From Mycobacterium sp. (lineage in GTDB: Bacteria > Actinomycetota > Actinomycetes > Mycobacteriales > Mycobacteriaceae): a stretch of DNA of 64,000 bases. The stretch lies in NCBI RefSeq assembly GCF_025965855.1, contig NZ_JAOPWB010000218.1, positions 14,263-78,262 of the forward strand. Reading direction: 5' to 3'. Each line of letters starts with the position of its first letter. The first letter of the stretch is position 1. Of this stretch, positions 39,646 through 48,696 are shown piece by piece. The position numbers and the translations under genes are program-made. Under the pieces are notes generated by a model that saw only the letters and a list, made by a program, of their open reading frames with translations, was not told where the DNA came from and made no database searches.

Positions 39646-41117
39646 TGTCCAAGGCACCCGGCCAGGACGTCACACCCATTCCGGCCTCCTCGATCACATC
39701 GTGGGACCAGGAGGCCGACGTCGTCATCGCCGGCTACGGGGTCGCCGGCGCCGCCGCGGCGGTCGAAGCGGCCCGGTGCGGTGCCGACGTGTTGGTTTTG
39801 GAACGCACCGGGTCGTGGGGCGGGGCGGCGGCAATGGCCGGCGGATTCATCTACCTCGGCGGCGGCACCGCGCTGCAAAAGGCCTGTGGCTTCACCGATT
39901 CCGTCGACAACATGGCGGCTTTCCTCAACGTGGCGATGGGCCCCGGCGGCGACGAGAACCGCATCGCCGATTACTGCGCGGGCAGCGTCGCCCACTTCGA
40001 CTGGCTCGTCGGTTGCGGGGTGCCGTTCAAAGCGGAATTCTTCTCCGAGCCCGGCTGGGAACCGATGGGCGACCAGGGCCTGATGTACAGTGGCGGCGAA
40101 AACGCGTACCCGTTCAACACAATTGCCACGCCCACCCCGCGCGGGCACGTCCCGCAGATGCAGAACAAGAAGCAGGGCGAAGCCAGCGCCGGCTACATGC
40201 TGATGAAGCCGCTCGTCGAGACCGCCACGGCGGCCGGCGCGCGGGCCCTCTACGACGTGCGCGCGCAAAGCCTGATCGTGGAATCCGACGGCAGGGTCGT
40301 CGGCATCCGCGCCCGCCAGTACGGCACGGATATGACGGTTCGGGCCCGCGCCGGGGTTGTGCTGGCGACCGGGAGCTTCGCCTACAACGACGCTATGGTG
40401 GCGCGCTACGCGCCGCGGATCGCCGGGCGCCCGGCCGCCTCGATCGAGCAACACGACGGTCAGGCGATCCGGATGGCGCAGGCGCTGGGCGCCGATCTGG
40501 CCCACATGGACGCCACCGAAGTCGCGATCTTCATCGATCCCCAGCAACTGGTGCGCGGCATCCTGGTCAACGGCCGCGGCCAGCGCTACGTCCCCGAGGA
40601 CACCTACCCGGGCCGGATCGGGCAGCTGACGCTGTACCAGCAGGACAACATCGCGTACCTGATCATCGATGACGATGCGCAGCAAGAGGCAATGGCCTCG
40701 TGGTCGCCGAAGTTCATGCTGCGGCCGGCGACGTGGGTGGCCGACACCGTGGCCGACCTGGAACGCGACATGCGCCTGGCGCCCGGTTCGCTGCAGGCGA
40801 CCGTGGCCGCCTACAACGAGGGCGCCGCACGCGGGGAAGACCCGCTGCTGCACAAGAAGGCCGAGTGGGTGAAGCCGATCGGTTCCCCGGTCGGCGCCAT
40901 CGACCTGCGGGAGAACACCGGCGGCTTCACGCTGGGCGGGCTGGCCACCACGCTGGAGGCCGAGGTTCTGCACGTCAGCGGCGAGCCAATCCCGGGGCTC
41001 TTCGCCGCGGGCCGTTCGACCGCCGGGCTGGCCGCGTGGGGTTACGCGAGCGGCATCTCCCTCGGTGACGGCAGCTTCTATGGCCGCCGCGCGGGAAGGT
41101 CGGCCGCCAAGGGCTGA
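39645..41117 (+). CDS. FAD-dependent 3-ketosteroid dehydrogenase-like protein (probably delta-4(5-alpha) type)
   Basis: IAGYGVAG, AAAMAGG, FAD_binding_2 layout; start overlaps the hsaC stop (TGATG). Confidence 0.75.
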   Translation: MSKAPGQDVTPIPASSITSWDQEADVVIAGYGVAGAAAAVEAARCGADVLVLERTGSWGGAAAMAGGFIYLGGGTALQKACGFTDSVDNMAAFLNVAMGPGGDENRIADYCAGSVAHFDWLVGCGVPFKAEFFSEPGWEPMGDQGLMYSGGENAYPFNTIATPTPRGHVPQMQNKKQGEASAGYMLMKPLVETATAAGARALYDVRAQSLIVESDGRVVGIRARQYGTDMTVRARAGVVLATGSFAYNDAMVARYAPRIAGRPAASIEQHDGQAIRMAQALGADLAHMDATEVAIFIDPQQLVRGILVNGRGQRYVPEDTYPGRIGQLTLYQQDNIAYLIIDDDAQQEAMASWSPKFMLRPATWVADTVADLERDMRLAPGSLQATVAAYNEGAARGEDPLLHKKAEWVKPIGSPVGAIDLRENTGGFTLGGLATTLEAEVLHVSGEPIPGLFAAGRSTAGLAAWGYASGISLGDGSFYGRRAGRSAAKG

Positions 41118-41253
41118 CCAGCTATTTTTGCCGCGAGCTGGGGACCTCCCGCCTGCGGGCGAAACGCCACTGCGAAATATCGTGGCGAAATTCGCCATAC
41201 GCAAGCCTCGCGGACTTCGGCATCTGGCCAGGCCGCCGGCTATGTGCTACAGC

Positions 41254-41270
41254 TATTCCTAATAGGAATA
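41254..41270. promoter_or_regulatory. Perfect AT-rich palindrome upstream of the IclR gene
   Basis: TATTCCTA-A-TAGGAATA (8-1-8). Confidence 0.6.
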
Positions 41271-41298
41271 TGGCAGCCAGATACAATCGGAGGACGCG

Positions 41299-42012
41299 AT
41301 GCCAGCGCCTGTCGAATCGACTACCCCCACGGCCGTCATCGACCGCATTTCCCTGATCCTCGACGCATTCGACGGGCCGGGACGCCTGACGCTGGCCCAA
41401 ATCGTCCGCCGGACCCGGTTACCGCGTTCGTCGGCGCACCGGATGCTCGAGCGCATGGTGCAACTGCGCTGGCTGCGCCGCAGCGGCCGGGACTACGAGC
41501 TGGGCATGCGCCTGGTGGAGCTCGGCTCGCTTGCCGTGCGCCAGGACCGCCTGGTGCGGGCGGCCGGGCCGCTGCTGGGCGAATTGCACCGTGCCACAGG
41601 GCTTGTCGTCCACCTTGCGGTGCTGGACGGCGCCGACGTCGTCTACCTCGAGAAGATCGGTGACCAGAGGATCCCTACGCGGGTCGGCGCTCGGCAACCC
41701 GCCCACTGCACGGCCGTCGGCAAGGCGATCCTGGCCTACCGCGACGACGACACCGAGCTGGACCTGCGGGTTCGTAAGACGAAGTACTCGATCTCGAGCA
41801 GCGCGCAGCTCGCCGTCGAATTGGCGAAGGTGCGGGCCCATGGCGTCGCCTTCGAGCGTGAGGAGTCGCTGCTCGGATTCGGTTGCGTCGCAGCCCCGAT
41901 CGGCTGCCCCGGTGAGGCCGTGGCCGCGGTGTCGCTGTGCGGTCCGATGAATCGCATGATGTTCGATCAACGGCTGGCGGCCCCGGTCCGGATGACCGCG
42001 ATGGGCATCTAG
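41299..42012 (+). CDS. IclR-family regulator, probably shortened by a premature TAG
   Basis: HTH ..LPRSSAHRML.. and effector domain (HCTAVGKA, EREES..GFGCVAAP). The frame stays open for 34 more codons, to TGA at 42115-42117. Confidence 0.85.
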   Translation: MPAPVESTTPTAVIDRISLILDAFDGPGRLTLAQIVRRTRLPRSSAHRMLERMVQLRWLRRSGRDYELGMRLVELGSLAVRQDRLVRAAGPLLGELHRATGLVVHLAVLDGADVVYLEKIGDQRIPTRVGARQPAHCTAVGKAILAYRDDDTELDLRVRKTKYSISSSAQLAVELAKVRAHGVAFEREESLLGFGCVAAPIGCPGEAVAAVSLCGPMNRMMFDQRLAAPVRMTAMGI

Positions 42013-42248
42013 CGCAACGCCGAAGACGGCTCGCAACGGGTCGCGCCGACCCTACAACCGCTGCGTCCCTTGCGGCCGGTGCGTCCCGCGTCACGGCCCG
42101 CCCTGCAGTACGCGTGAATCCGTTCTGCGGCGGCGCCGCAGTCATTACGGCGCCGGCGCGGGCATCGGCGCGGGACTGGCCCGCCACGCCGCCGCATCGG
42201 GAATGACGGTCGTGCTGGCCGACATCGACGCCGACGGCATCGCCGCAA

Positions 42249-42539
42249 TTAGGTTGCCGCGCCGACGGTTTCGTCGACGATGGACAGGTCGCCGTGTCGC
42301 ACCGCGTCCAGAATCGACTCGCTCAACGCCGAGCACGCCAGGAAGACGCCCCGGCTGCCGGGCGCGGATATCTGCTGCGCTTCCGCGCGCTCGGAACACC
42401 GAGCCGTCGCGTCGGCGTTCCACTGCACGCTGGTCTGGTTCCAGCTGCTCTTGCGGGCCAGCACCCGTGCTCCGCAGTTGCGGCACGCCACGGGCATCAT
42501 GCGCATTTCGTCCAGGCGGTCGTCGGCTCTGACCGACAT
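42249..42539 (-). CDS. Small four-Cys protein coupled to kshA
   Basis: MSVRADDRLDEMRMMPVACRNC...RC...AC; ATG overlaps the kshA stop (ATGA). Confidence 0.7.
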   Translation of the reverse strand: MSVRADDRLDEMRMMPVACRNCGARVLARKSSWNQTSVQWNADATARCSERAEAQQISAPGSRGVFLACSALSESILDAVRHGDLSIVDETVGAAT

Positions 42540-43675
42540 CACACCGACCCCGCTGCCTGGGCGGCCATGTTCGCCTCGACCTCTCTCATCCACGCCTCAT
42601 AAGGCCGGGTGGTGTCGAGCTCAAACTCGAAGCGGTCCACCATGTCCGGCTGCACGCCGGCGGCATCGACGTAGAACTGCTGATACCAGCGACGCAGCTG
42701 GTAGACCGGGCCGTCCTCCTCGACGAGTAGTGGGTTGTCGATGCGGGCCTTGTGCCGCCAGATCTCGACGTCCTGCTCGAAGCCGATCTTGACGAAGTCA
42801 CCAAGACTGATCGCGGTCTGCGTAGCCTGGTCACCCGGCAACGAGTCCGATTTCTTCACGATGATGCCGTATTGCAGCACAAAGGAATTCGAGTCGATCG
42901 GATAGTGGCAGTTGATCAGGATTGTCTTGGCGTCGCCGTTCGTGTAGTGATACGTCAGGTCGTCGATCATGAAAGACGGCCCATAGTAGGACGCCACCGA
43001 CGTGGTGCCGAGCATCGTGGTCCCTTCGGGGCTGCCCAGGTCGGGCCGGCTCCCGCCGTTCATGTACTGCGTCGCCACCTGCCCTTCGAAGATGTTCTTG
43101 AAATACGTGGGCAACGAGCCGTGGATGTAGAAGAAGTGCGCCATATCCACGACATTGTCGATGATTTCGCGGCAGTTGCTGTTGACGACGGTGGTGTACC
43201 AGTGCCAGTCGGTCCACTCGTCGCTCGTGGCGCCCTCGATGTGCGGGATCGTGACCTCCGGTGGCGGCGGTTTGCGCTCGGGGTCGTTCCACACGAACAA
43301 CATGCCGTCCTGCTGCAAAGTGCTCCAGGCCGCCGTGCGCGCCAGCTTGGGCGTGCGCCTGCTGTAGGGCACCCTCTTGCATCGCCCGTCGCCGCCCCAC
43401 CGCCAGTCGTGGAACGGGCACGCGATCTCGTCGCCCTTGACCTCGCCCTGCGAGAGGTCACCGCCCATGTGCCGGCAGTAGGCGTCGAGGACGTTGATGT
43501 TGGCGTCCCCGCTGCGAAACACGACCAGCTTCTGCCCGAAGGCGTTGATCGCGTGCGGCTTGCCGTCACCGAAATCTCTGATCAGGCCCAGGCAGTGCCA
43601 CCCGCGCGCGAATCGCGCCGGCGCGGCCTGGGCTTCAATGAGCCGAACTTCGTCGATATCAGACTGTGCGGTCAT
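42539..43675 (-). CDS. kshA: 3-ketosteroid 9-alpha-hydroxylase, oxygenase subunit
   Basis: FARGWHC start, Rieske CRHMG...CPFH, DNVVDMAHFFYIH, EQDVEIW. Confidence 0.93.
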   Translation of the reverse strand: MTAQSDIDEVRLIEAQAAPARFARGWHCLGLIRDFGDGKPHAINAFGQKLVVFRSGDANINVLDAYCRHMGGDLSQGEVKGDEIACPFHDWRWGGDGRCKRVPYSRRTPKLARTAAWSTLQQDGMLFVWNDPERKPPPPEVTIPHIEGATSDEWTDWHWYTTVVNSNCREIIDNVVDMAHFFYIHGSLPTYFKNIFEGQVATQYMNGGSRPDLGSPEGTTMLGTTSVASYYGPSFMIDDLTYHYTNGDAKTILINCHYPIDSNSFVLQYGIIVKKSDSLPGDQATQTAISLGDFVKIGFEQDVEIWRHKARIDNPLLVEEDGPVYQLRRWYQQFYVDAAGVQPDMVDRFEFELDTTRPYEAWMREVEANMAAQAAGSV

Positions 43676-43720
43676 GGGGATGATTTAACTCCTGCGGCCC
43701 GGCTCGTGGGGGTTAGCTGT

Positions 43721-43734
43721 TCCACTGATCAGGA
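43721..43734. promoter_or_regulatory. Putative operator in the kshA/kstD divergent spacer
   Basis: TCCACTGATCAGGA; see 37455-37468. Confidence 0.45.
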
Positions 43735-43777
43735 CGAGACTTCTATTTCCCCGCCGCACCGGCATACGGTTCTGGAC

Positions 43778-45490
43778 GTGGCCCCGCGCAACGCGACGAT
43801 CCCTGCCGGCCTTGCGGTCGCCGACACGACCGTGGATCTGCTGGTGGTCGGCTCGGGTACCGGCATGGCCGCGGCGCTGGCCGCCCATGACCTCGGGTTG
43901 TCGGTGCTGATCGTCGAGAAGTCGTCGTGCGTGGGCGGCTCGACCGCTCGGTCCGGTGGCGCGCTGTGGCTCCCGGCCTCCCCCGTGTTGCGCGAGGCTG
44001 GCGCCGCCGACACGGTGGAGCGCGCCGGCACGTACCTGGACTCGGTGGTAGCGGGGTCGGCGCCCGCGCAGCGATCGGTTGCCTTTCTCGAACATGCGTC
44101 CGCGTTGGTCGAAATGCTGAGGCGGACGACCCCGCTTCGGCTTTTCTGGGCCCGCGACTACTCCGACTATCACCCGGAAGCGCCGGGTGGCAGCGCGGCG
44201 GGCCGCACCTGCGAGTGTCGCCCGCTGGACACCTCGATTCTCGGCGAGTACCGCACTCGGCTGCGGCCTGGCGTGCTGGAGGCCGGCTTCTCGATACCGA
44301 CGACGGGTGCCGACTACCGGTGGATGAACCTGGTGGCGCGGGTGCCGCGCAAAGGCATCCCCACGTTCGGAAAGCGGCTGGCGCAGGGCGTGGGCGGGCG
44401 GCTGGTCGGCCGGCGCTACGCCGCCGGCGGCCAAGGCCTGATGGCCGGGTTGTTCGCGGGTGTGCTGCGCGCCGGCGTCCCGGTGTGGACCGACACCACG
44501 CTGCTGCGCCTCTCGAATACTCCAGCCGACCGTGATCGCGTGACCGGCGCGGTCGTGAACCATAACGGGCGCGAGGTGACAATCACCGCCCCTCGCGGGG
44601 TGGTCCTGGCAACCGGCGGGTTCGACCACAGCATGGACATGCGGTGGAAATTTCAGTCGGAGTCGCTGGGCAACAACTTGAGCCTGGGCGCCGAATCCAA
44701 CACCGGCGACGGGATCCGCGCGGGGCAAGAACTCGGCGCCGACATCGATTTGATGGATCAGGCGTGGTGGTTTCCCGCCATTGCGCCCCTGCCCGGCAAG
44801 GCGCCGGCGGTGATGCTGGCCGAACGGTCGCTTCCCGGCTGCCTGATCGTGAACCAGCACGGCCGCCGGTTCGCCAACGAGTCGGCGGACTACATGTCGT
44901 TCGGCCAGCGGTTGCTCGGGTTGGAGCGGTCGGGCAGCCCCGTCGAAGCGATGTGGATCGTCTTCGACCAGCAATACCGCAACAGCTATGTCTTTGGCGC
45001 CGAACTGTTTCCGCGGATGCGAATCCCGCAGAGTTGGTATCAGGCCGGCATCGCCGTCCGCGCCGACAGCCTCGGCGGACTGGGTGCGCGGATGGAAGTT
45101 CCGGTGCCGGAGTTCTTCAACACGATGACCCGCTTCAACCAAAACTCCTCCGCGGGTGAGGATCCCGACTTCGGCCGGGGTCGCAGCGCCTACGACCGCT
45201 ACTACGGCGACCCGACGATAAAGCCGAACCCCAATCTGCGTCCGCTGGTCAAAGGCCCGTACTATGCCGTGAAAATGGTCCTCAGCGATCTGGGCACCTG
45301 CGGCGGGTTGAAGGCGGATGAGCGTTCGCGAGTGCTCCGCGAAGACGGCCGCGCGATCGCCGGGTTGTACGCGATCGGCAATACCGCAGCCAATGCCTTT
45401 GGCACGACGTACCCGGGGGCGGGTGCGACGATCGCGCAGGGACTCGTGTACGGCTACATCGCGGCCCTCAACGCGGCCGGCGTCGGTTAG
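43778..45490 (+). CDS. kstD: 3-ketosteroid delta-1-dehydrogenase
   Basis: VDLLVVGSGTG, GGSTARSGGALW, YSDYHPE, DLGTCGGL, YPGAGATI. Start estimated. Confidence 0.9.
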   Translation: MAPRNATIPAGLAVADTTVDLLVVGSGTGMAAALAAHDLGLSVLIVEKSSCVGGSTARSGGALWLPASPVLREAGAADTVERAGTYLDSVVAGSAPAQRSVAFLEHASALVEMLRRTTPLRLFWARDYSDYHPEAPGGSAAGRTCECRPLDTSILGEYRTRLRPGVLEAGFSIPTTGADYRWMNLVARVPRKGIPTFGKRLAQGVGGRLVGRRYAAGGQGLMAGLFAGVLRAGVPVWTDTTLLRLSNTPADRDRVTGAVVNHNGREVTITAPRGVVLATGGFDHSMDMRWKFQSESLGNNLSLGAESNTGDGIRAGQELGADIDLMDQAWWFPAIAPLPGKAPAVMLAERSLPGCLIVNQHGRRFANESADYMSFGQRLLGLERSGSPVEAMWIVFDQQYRNSYVFGAELFPRMRIPQSWYQAGIAVRADSLGGLGARMEVPVPEFFNTMTRFNQNSSAGEDPDFGRGRSAYDRYYGDPTIKPNPNLRPLVKGPYYAVKMVLSDLGTCGGLKADERSRVLREDGRAIAGLYAIGNTAANAFGTTYPGAGATIAQGLVYGYIAALNAAGVG

Positions 45491-46164
45491 TCGGCTTCGC
45501 GCTTGGCCTGGACTTGCTTTTCGACCTCGCGCCAATAGCCCGGCTTGGGGCGCGGCTTGCCGAACCCACCCTTGGCGGATTTCTGCAAGATGGCGTCGGC
45601 CTCGTCGATTTCCTTCATGAGTTCCAGGGCGAACTCGCGCTCGGCGGCGTAGTACTTGGCCGCCCAGCGCAACGCGATTACCGAATAGGCCCAGGCCGGT
45701 TCGACCTCGGCCCCCTCGGCGTCCTCGACGGCTTTCCGGTGCCTGGCCTCCGCGTAGGCCACGTGCTCCTGCAGCAGTTCCTTCAGCCGGGCCGGATTAC
45801 TGAGGTGGCCAAACGTCACTCGTAACAGCACGCTGTGCTTGAGCACCGGCGGATCCACCGGCGCCTCGTTGGTCCACTCGGTGACGGCCGCCATCCCGGC
45901 CGGGGTGATCTTGTAAAGCCGTCGGCTGCGGGTGCCCTCGTCGTGCTCGACGCGCGACGTGACCAGCCCCAGGCCCTCGAGCTTCTTCAGCTCGCTGTAG
46001 ATCTGGCTGTATGACGGGCTCCAGTAGTACAGGTCGACGCTCCAGTCGGTCCATTTTTTGAGGTCATACCCGGAGACTTCCTCTTCGTAGGACAACATGC
46101 CCAGCAGAGCCCAACTGGTGGCGGCGAGCGCCGACTTCACCGACTTGTCGCTGGACTCCTCCAT
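45487..46164 (-). CDS. PadR-family regulator with a C-terminal helical domain
   Basis: SGYDLKK...SQIYSELKKLE..G...RRLYKITPAG. Confidence 0.9.
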   Translation of the reverse strand: MEESSDKSVKSALAATSWALLGMLSYEEEVSGYDLKKWTDWSVDLYYWSPSYSQIYSELKKLEGLGLVTSRVEHDEGTRSRRLYKITPAGMAAVTEWTNEAPVDPPVLKHSVLLRVTFGHLSNPARLKELLQEHVAYAEARHRKAVEDAEGAEVEPAWAYSVIALRWAAKYYAAEREFALELMKEIDEADAILQKSAKGGFGKPRPKPGYWREVEKQVQAKREAD

Positions 46165-46243
46165 TTCGCCAGGTTAACAACACCGGTCAGCCGATTGCGC
46201 GAACAGGACCGCTGGCCGGGAAGTCGAATTGCGGCGGCCCCTC

Positions 46244-47155
46244 CTACTCCTGTTTGATCTTTGATCGATCGATCCAAAGCAGCACGACACCCACGGCGGT
46301 GACAACGACGGCTGCCCCGTACACCATCAGCCCGAACGCCGGCGTGACGTCCACGAAGCCTTCGCCCTCGTTGTTTTTTGTAGACACGGTGTGGAACCAG
46401 ACGAACGTGAGGCCACCAAGCAGGCCGGCCACAACGCTGAGTCCGATGAGCCGGGCGACCTGCACCAGGGATCCGAAGAGGGCGGGAAACGCCAAAAACA
46501 CGGCCACGGCGGCCAATACGATGACGACGAGCTTTGCCGCACCGTCGGCGGAAACCTCGTGCGAACCCAAAGTTCTCCCGAACAGCTTGATGCTGACCGT
46601 CGCAAACGGGAGGAAGATCGCGATGACGGTGACGACGAGTCCCCCGAGAACAACCCAGGCGGCGACCGACATCTTGCCGGCGAAGCCCTTAACCGTCGCG
46701 AGGCCGTCAGACGCCATTTGGGCGCCGGCGCCCGGATTTTGGGGACCGGGCGGGGGCCGCTGTTGGGAACCCGGCTGCGGGGGGAGATCAGGCCGCTGAC
46801 GCGCTCCGGGTGATGAATAGCCCGGCGGGGGCGGCAGATTGGGCGGTGGAGGCGGTCGCAGGGGCGGACGCGCGGCCGGGCGCGAAGGAGGCGGCGGCGG
46901 AGGCACGGCCCGGGTAGGCGCCACCGAGGGCGGCGGCCGATTAGGCGGGGATGAAGGAGGCGGTAGAGCGGTGGCCTGGGTGGGCGCCGCAGAGGGCGGG
47001 GGAGGCGGTTGCTGCGGTGGCGTGACCGGTGGTCGCGCGGCCCGCACATTCGGTCTTCGCCGTCGGTGCGGAGTCCAGCTTTGACCATCCCAGTACCGCT
47101 GGGCGTTGGAATCTTGTGGATCGTCGTACCAGCCGGGCTGGTTGGGTGTCGTCAT
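46244..47155 (-). CDS. DUF2510-domain Pro-rich membrane protein
   Basis: PGWYDDP...QRYWDGQSWT, long poly-Pro linker, four TM segments. Confidence 0.85.
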   Translation of the reverse strand: MTTPNQPGWYDDPQDSNAQRYWDGQSWTPHRRRRPNVRAARPPVTPPQQPPPPPSAAPTQATALPPPSSPPNRPPPSVAPTRAVPPPPPPSRPAARPPLRPPPPPNLPPPPGYSSPGARQRPDLPPQPGSQQRPPPGPQNPGAGAQMASDGLATVKGFAGKMSVAAWVVLGGLVVTVIAIFLPFATVSIKLFGRTLGSHEVSADGAAKLVVIVLAAVAVFLAFPALFGSLVQVARLIGLSVVAGLLGGLTFVWFHTVSTKNNEGEGFVDVTPAFGLMVYGAAVVVTAVGVVLLWIDRSKIKQE

Positions 47156-47213
47156 GGGCAGATCCTCCCGGTTGACCGAACTGCACCCGTGAAAGCGAGA
47201 ATAGCGCGGTAAT

Positions 47214-47684
47214 TCAGTCGCGACTCCCCCTCAAACCCGGTGCGAGCCATGCGCGTCGATCGCGTAGCGTGCGCCCCTCCGCGTCGGGCACCTTGCCGGC
47301 GATGATCATGAATCCGTCGATCAGCGGCCAGATGACACCGATCCCGCAGGTCAGAAAGGACACCGCGATTTGGGCGAGACCGATGTTGGTGTAGCCGAGG
47401 TAAAAGCGGCCGACGCCGAAACTGGCCAAGAAGATTTGCAGCAGCCCGGCGACGAGCCTGCTCTTGTCCGATAGCGGTCGCCCGTAGGCGTCGACGCCAA
47501 ACGGCGCGTTACCGTACGGAGCGACGCCCGAGGCCGCGCCGGGGGCGTTCGCGTGCCATTGCTGGCCATCCCAATACCTTTGACCGGGCTGACCGCTCGG
47601 GTCCGGATACCACCCGGCGAGCTGGGCAGCGTCCGCCGTCGGCCTGAATGGCGCTGCGGCCCAGTCGATTACCGCAGCCGTCAT
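47214..47684 (-). CDS. DUF2510 + TM2-domain membrane protein
   Basis: AGWYPDP..QRYWDGQQW; KSRLVAGLLQIFL..FGVGRFYLG. Confidence 0.85.
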   Translation of the reverse strand: MTAAVIDWAAAPFRPTADAAQLAGWYPDPSGQPGQRYWDGQQWHANAPGAASGVAPYGNAPFGVDAYGRPLSDKSRLVAGLLQIFLASFGVGRFYLGYTNIGLAQIAVSFLTCGIGVIWPLIDGFMIIAGKVPDAEGRTLRDRRAWLAPGLRGSRD

Positions 47685-47805
47685 AGCCGGCATGCGTCAT
47701 CATCCCGTCTTCGCAACCGGGCAATCGATCGCCAGCGATCAATGATGACGGCAATCATCGCATCGGCGACGCGGATTTGTCTGGTATGGGCGACGAGATT
47801 TTTGC

Positions 47806-48696
47806 TCAGTTCGCACACAGACGTTCGGCGATGATGGCCCGCGCGGCGCGGCCTTCCGGCGTCGGTGTGAGCGGGTAGACATGCACCAAGCCGGGTTGTT
47901 CGTGGTAGTCGATCTCCATGCCGGCCGCCGCGGCCTTTTCGACCAGTAGTCTCGCGTCGGGGTTGAGGATGTCGCGGGTGCCGCTGAAGACCGTCAGCGG
48001 TCCCAGGCCGGACAGATCGGCGTTCAGTGGGCTCACCATCGGGTCGGTCATCGGCAGATCACCACACCAGCGCCTCGCGAATTCCCGCAGGCCCACCCGC
48101 GTCAGCCACGGATCGCGGACCGCGTCGATCAACGGGTTGCTCAGGGACACGTCGAGAACAGGCGAGATCAGCACGGTTTGGGGCAGGACCAGGCGGTGCT
48201 CGTCGCGCAGCATCAGCGCCGCCGACAAGGCCATCTGTCCCCCGGCGGAATCCCCGGCCAGACACACGCTGTGATCGGGGGCCACCTTCTCGGCCGCCAG
48301 TTGGGCGATCGTGGGCACGACCTCGGCCGCGGTAGTGAACGGCACCAACGGATAAATCGGCACGACCACTTGCACCCGCGCGTCGGCGACGATTTGCGCG
48401 GCCAATTGCCAATGCTGCGAGGTGATTTCGTTGACCCAGGCTCCACCATGAAGGTAGACGACCGTGCGCTGCGGCGCGTGGGAGGCCTTGGAGGTCAGCG
48501 TGTAGATCGGCCAGCCCGATCGCTGTTCCATGTGCAGGACCACGTCGGAACGCAGCCCCGGCGGTGGCCCGAAGGACTGCGGGCGCAACGCGCGTTGATC
48601 GATGTGATCGCGGGCGCTTTGCGCGCTGCGGTAGGTGCGCCCCCGCGTCAGGTGAATAACAGCGGGCAGGGCCCGGCTCCTCCAGCTGAGGCTCAC
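47806..48696 (-). CDS. HSL-family esterase
   Basis: YLHGGAW, GDSAGG, HVYP; GTGA overlap with the upstream gene. Confidence 0.88.
   Translation of the reverse strand: MSLSWRSRALPAVIHLTRGRTYRSAQSARDHIDQRALRPQSFGPPPGLRSDVVLHMEQRSGWPIYTLTSKASHAPQRTVVYLHGGAWVNEITSQHWQLAAQIVADARVQVVVPIYPLVPFTTAAEVVPTIAQLAAEKVAPDHSVCLAGDSAGGQMALSAALMLRDEHRLVLPQTVLISPVLDVSLSNPLIDAVRDPWLTRVGLREFARRWCGDLPMTDPMVSPLNADLSGLGPLTVFSGTRDILNPDARLLVEKAAAAGMEIDYHEQPGLVHVYPLTPTPEGRAARAIIAERLCAN

Noticed and set aside
41130-41215. TGGCGAA-A-TTCGCCA hairpin after the dehydrogenase
   Set aside because: Consistent with a terminator or decayed REP; no further evidence.
46800-47060. Pro-codon low-complexity tract as a tandem repeat or VNTR
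   Set aside because: No exact repeat unit; explained by the poly-Pro linker.
47214-47270. Possible stop loss (TGA to CGA) extending the TM2 protein after RTLRD
   Set aside because: Plausible, but needs ortholog alignment; small effect.
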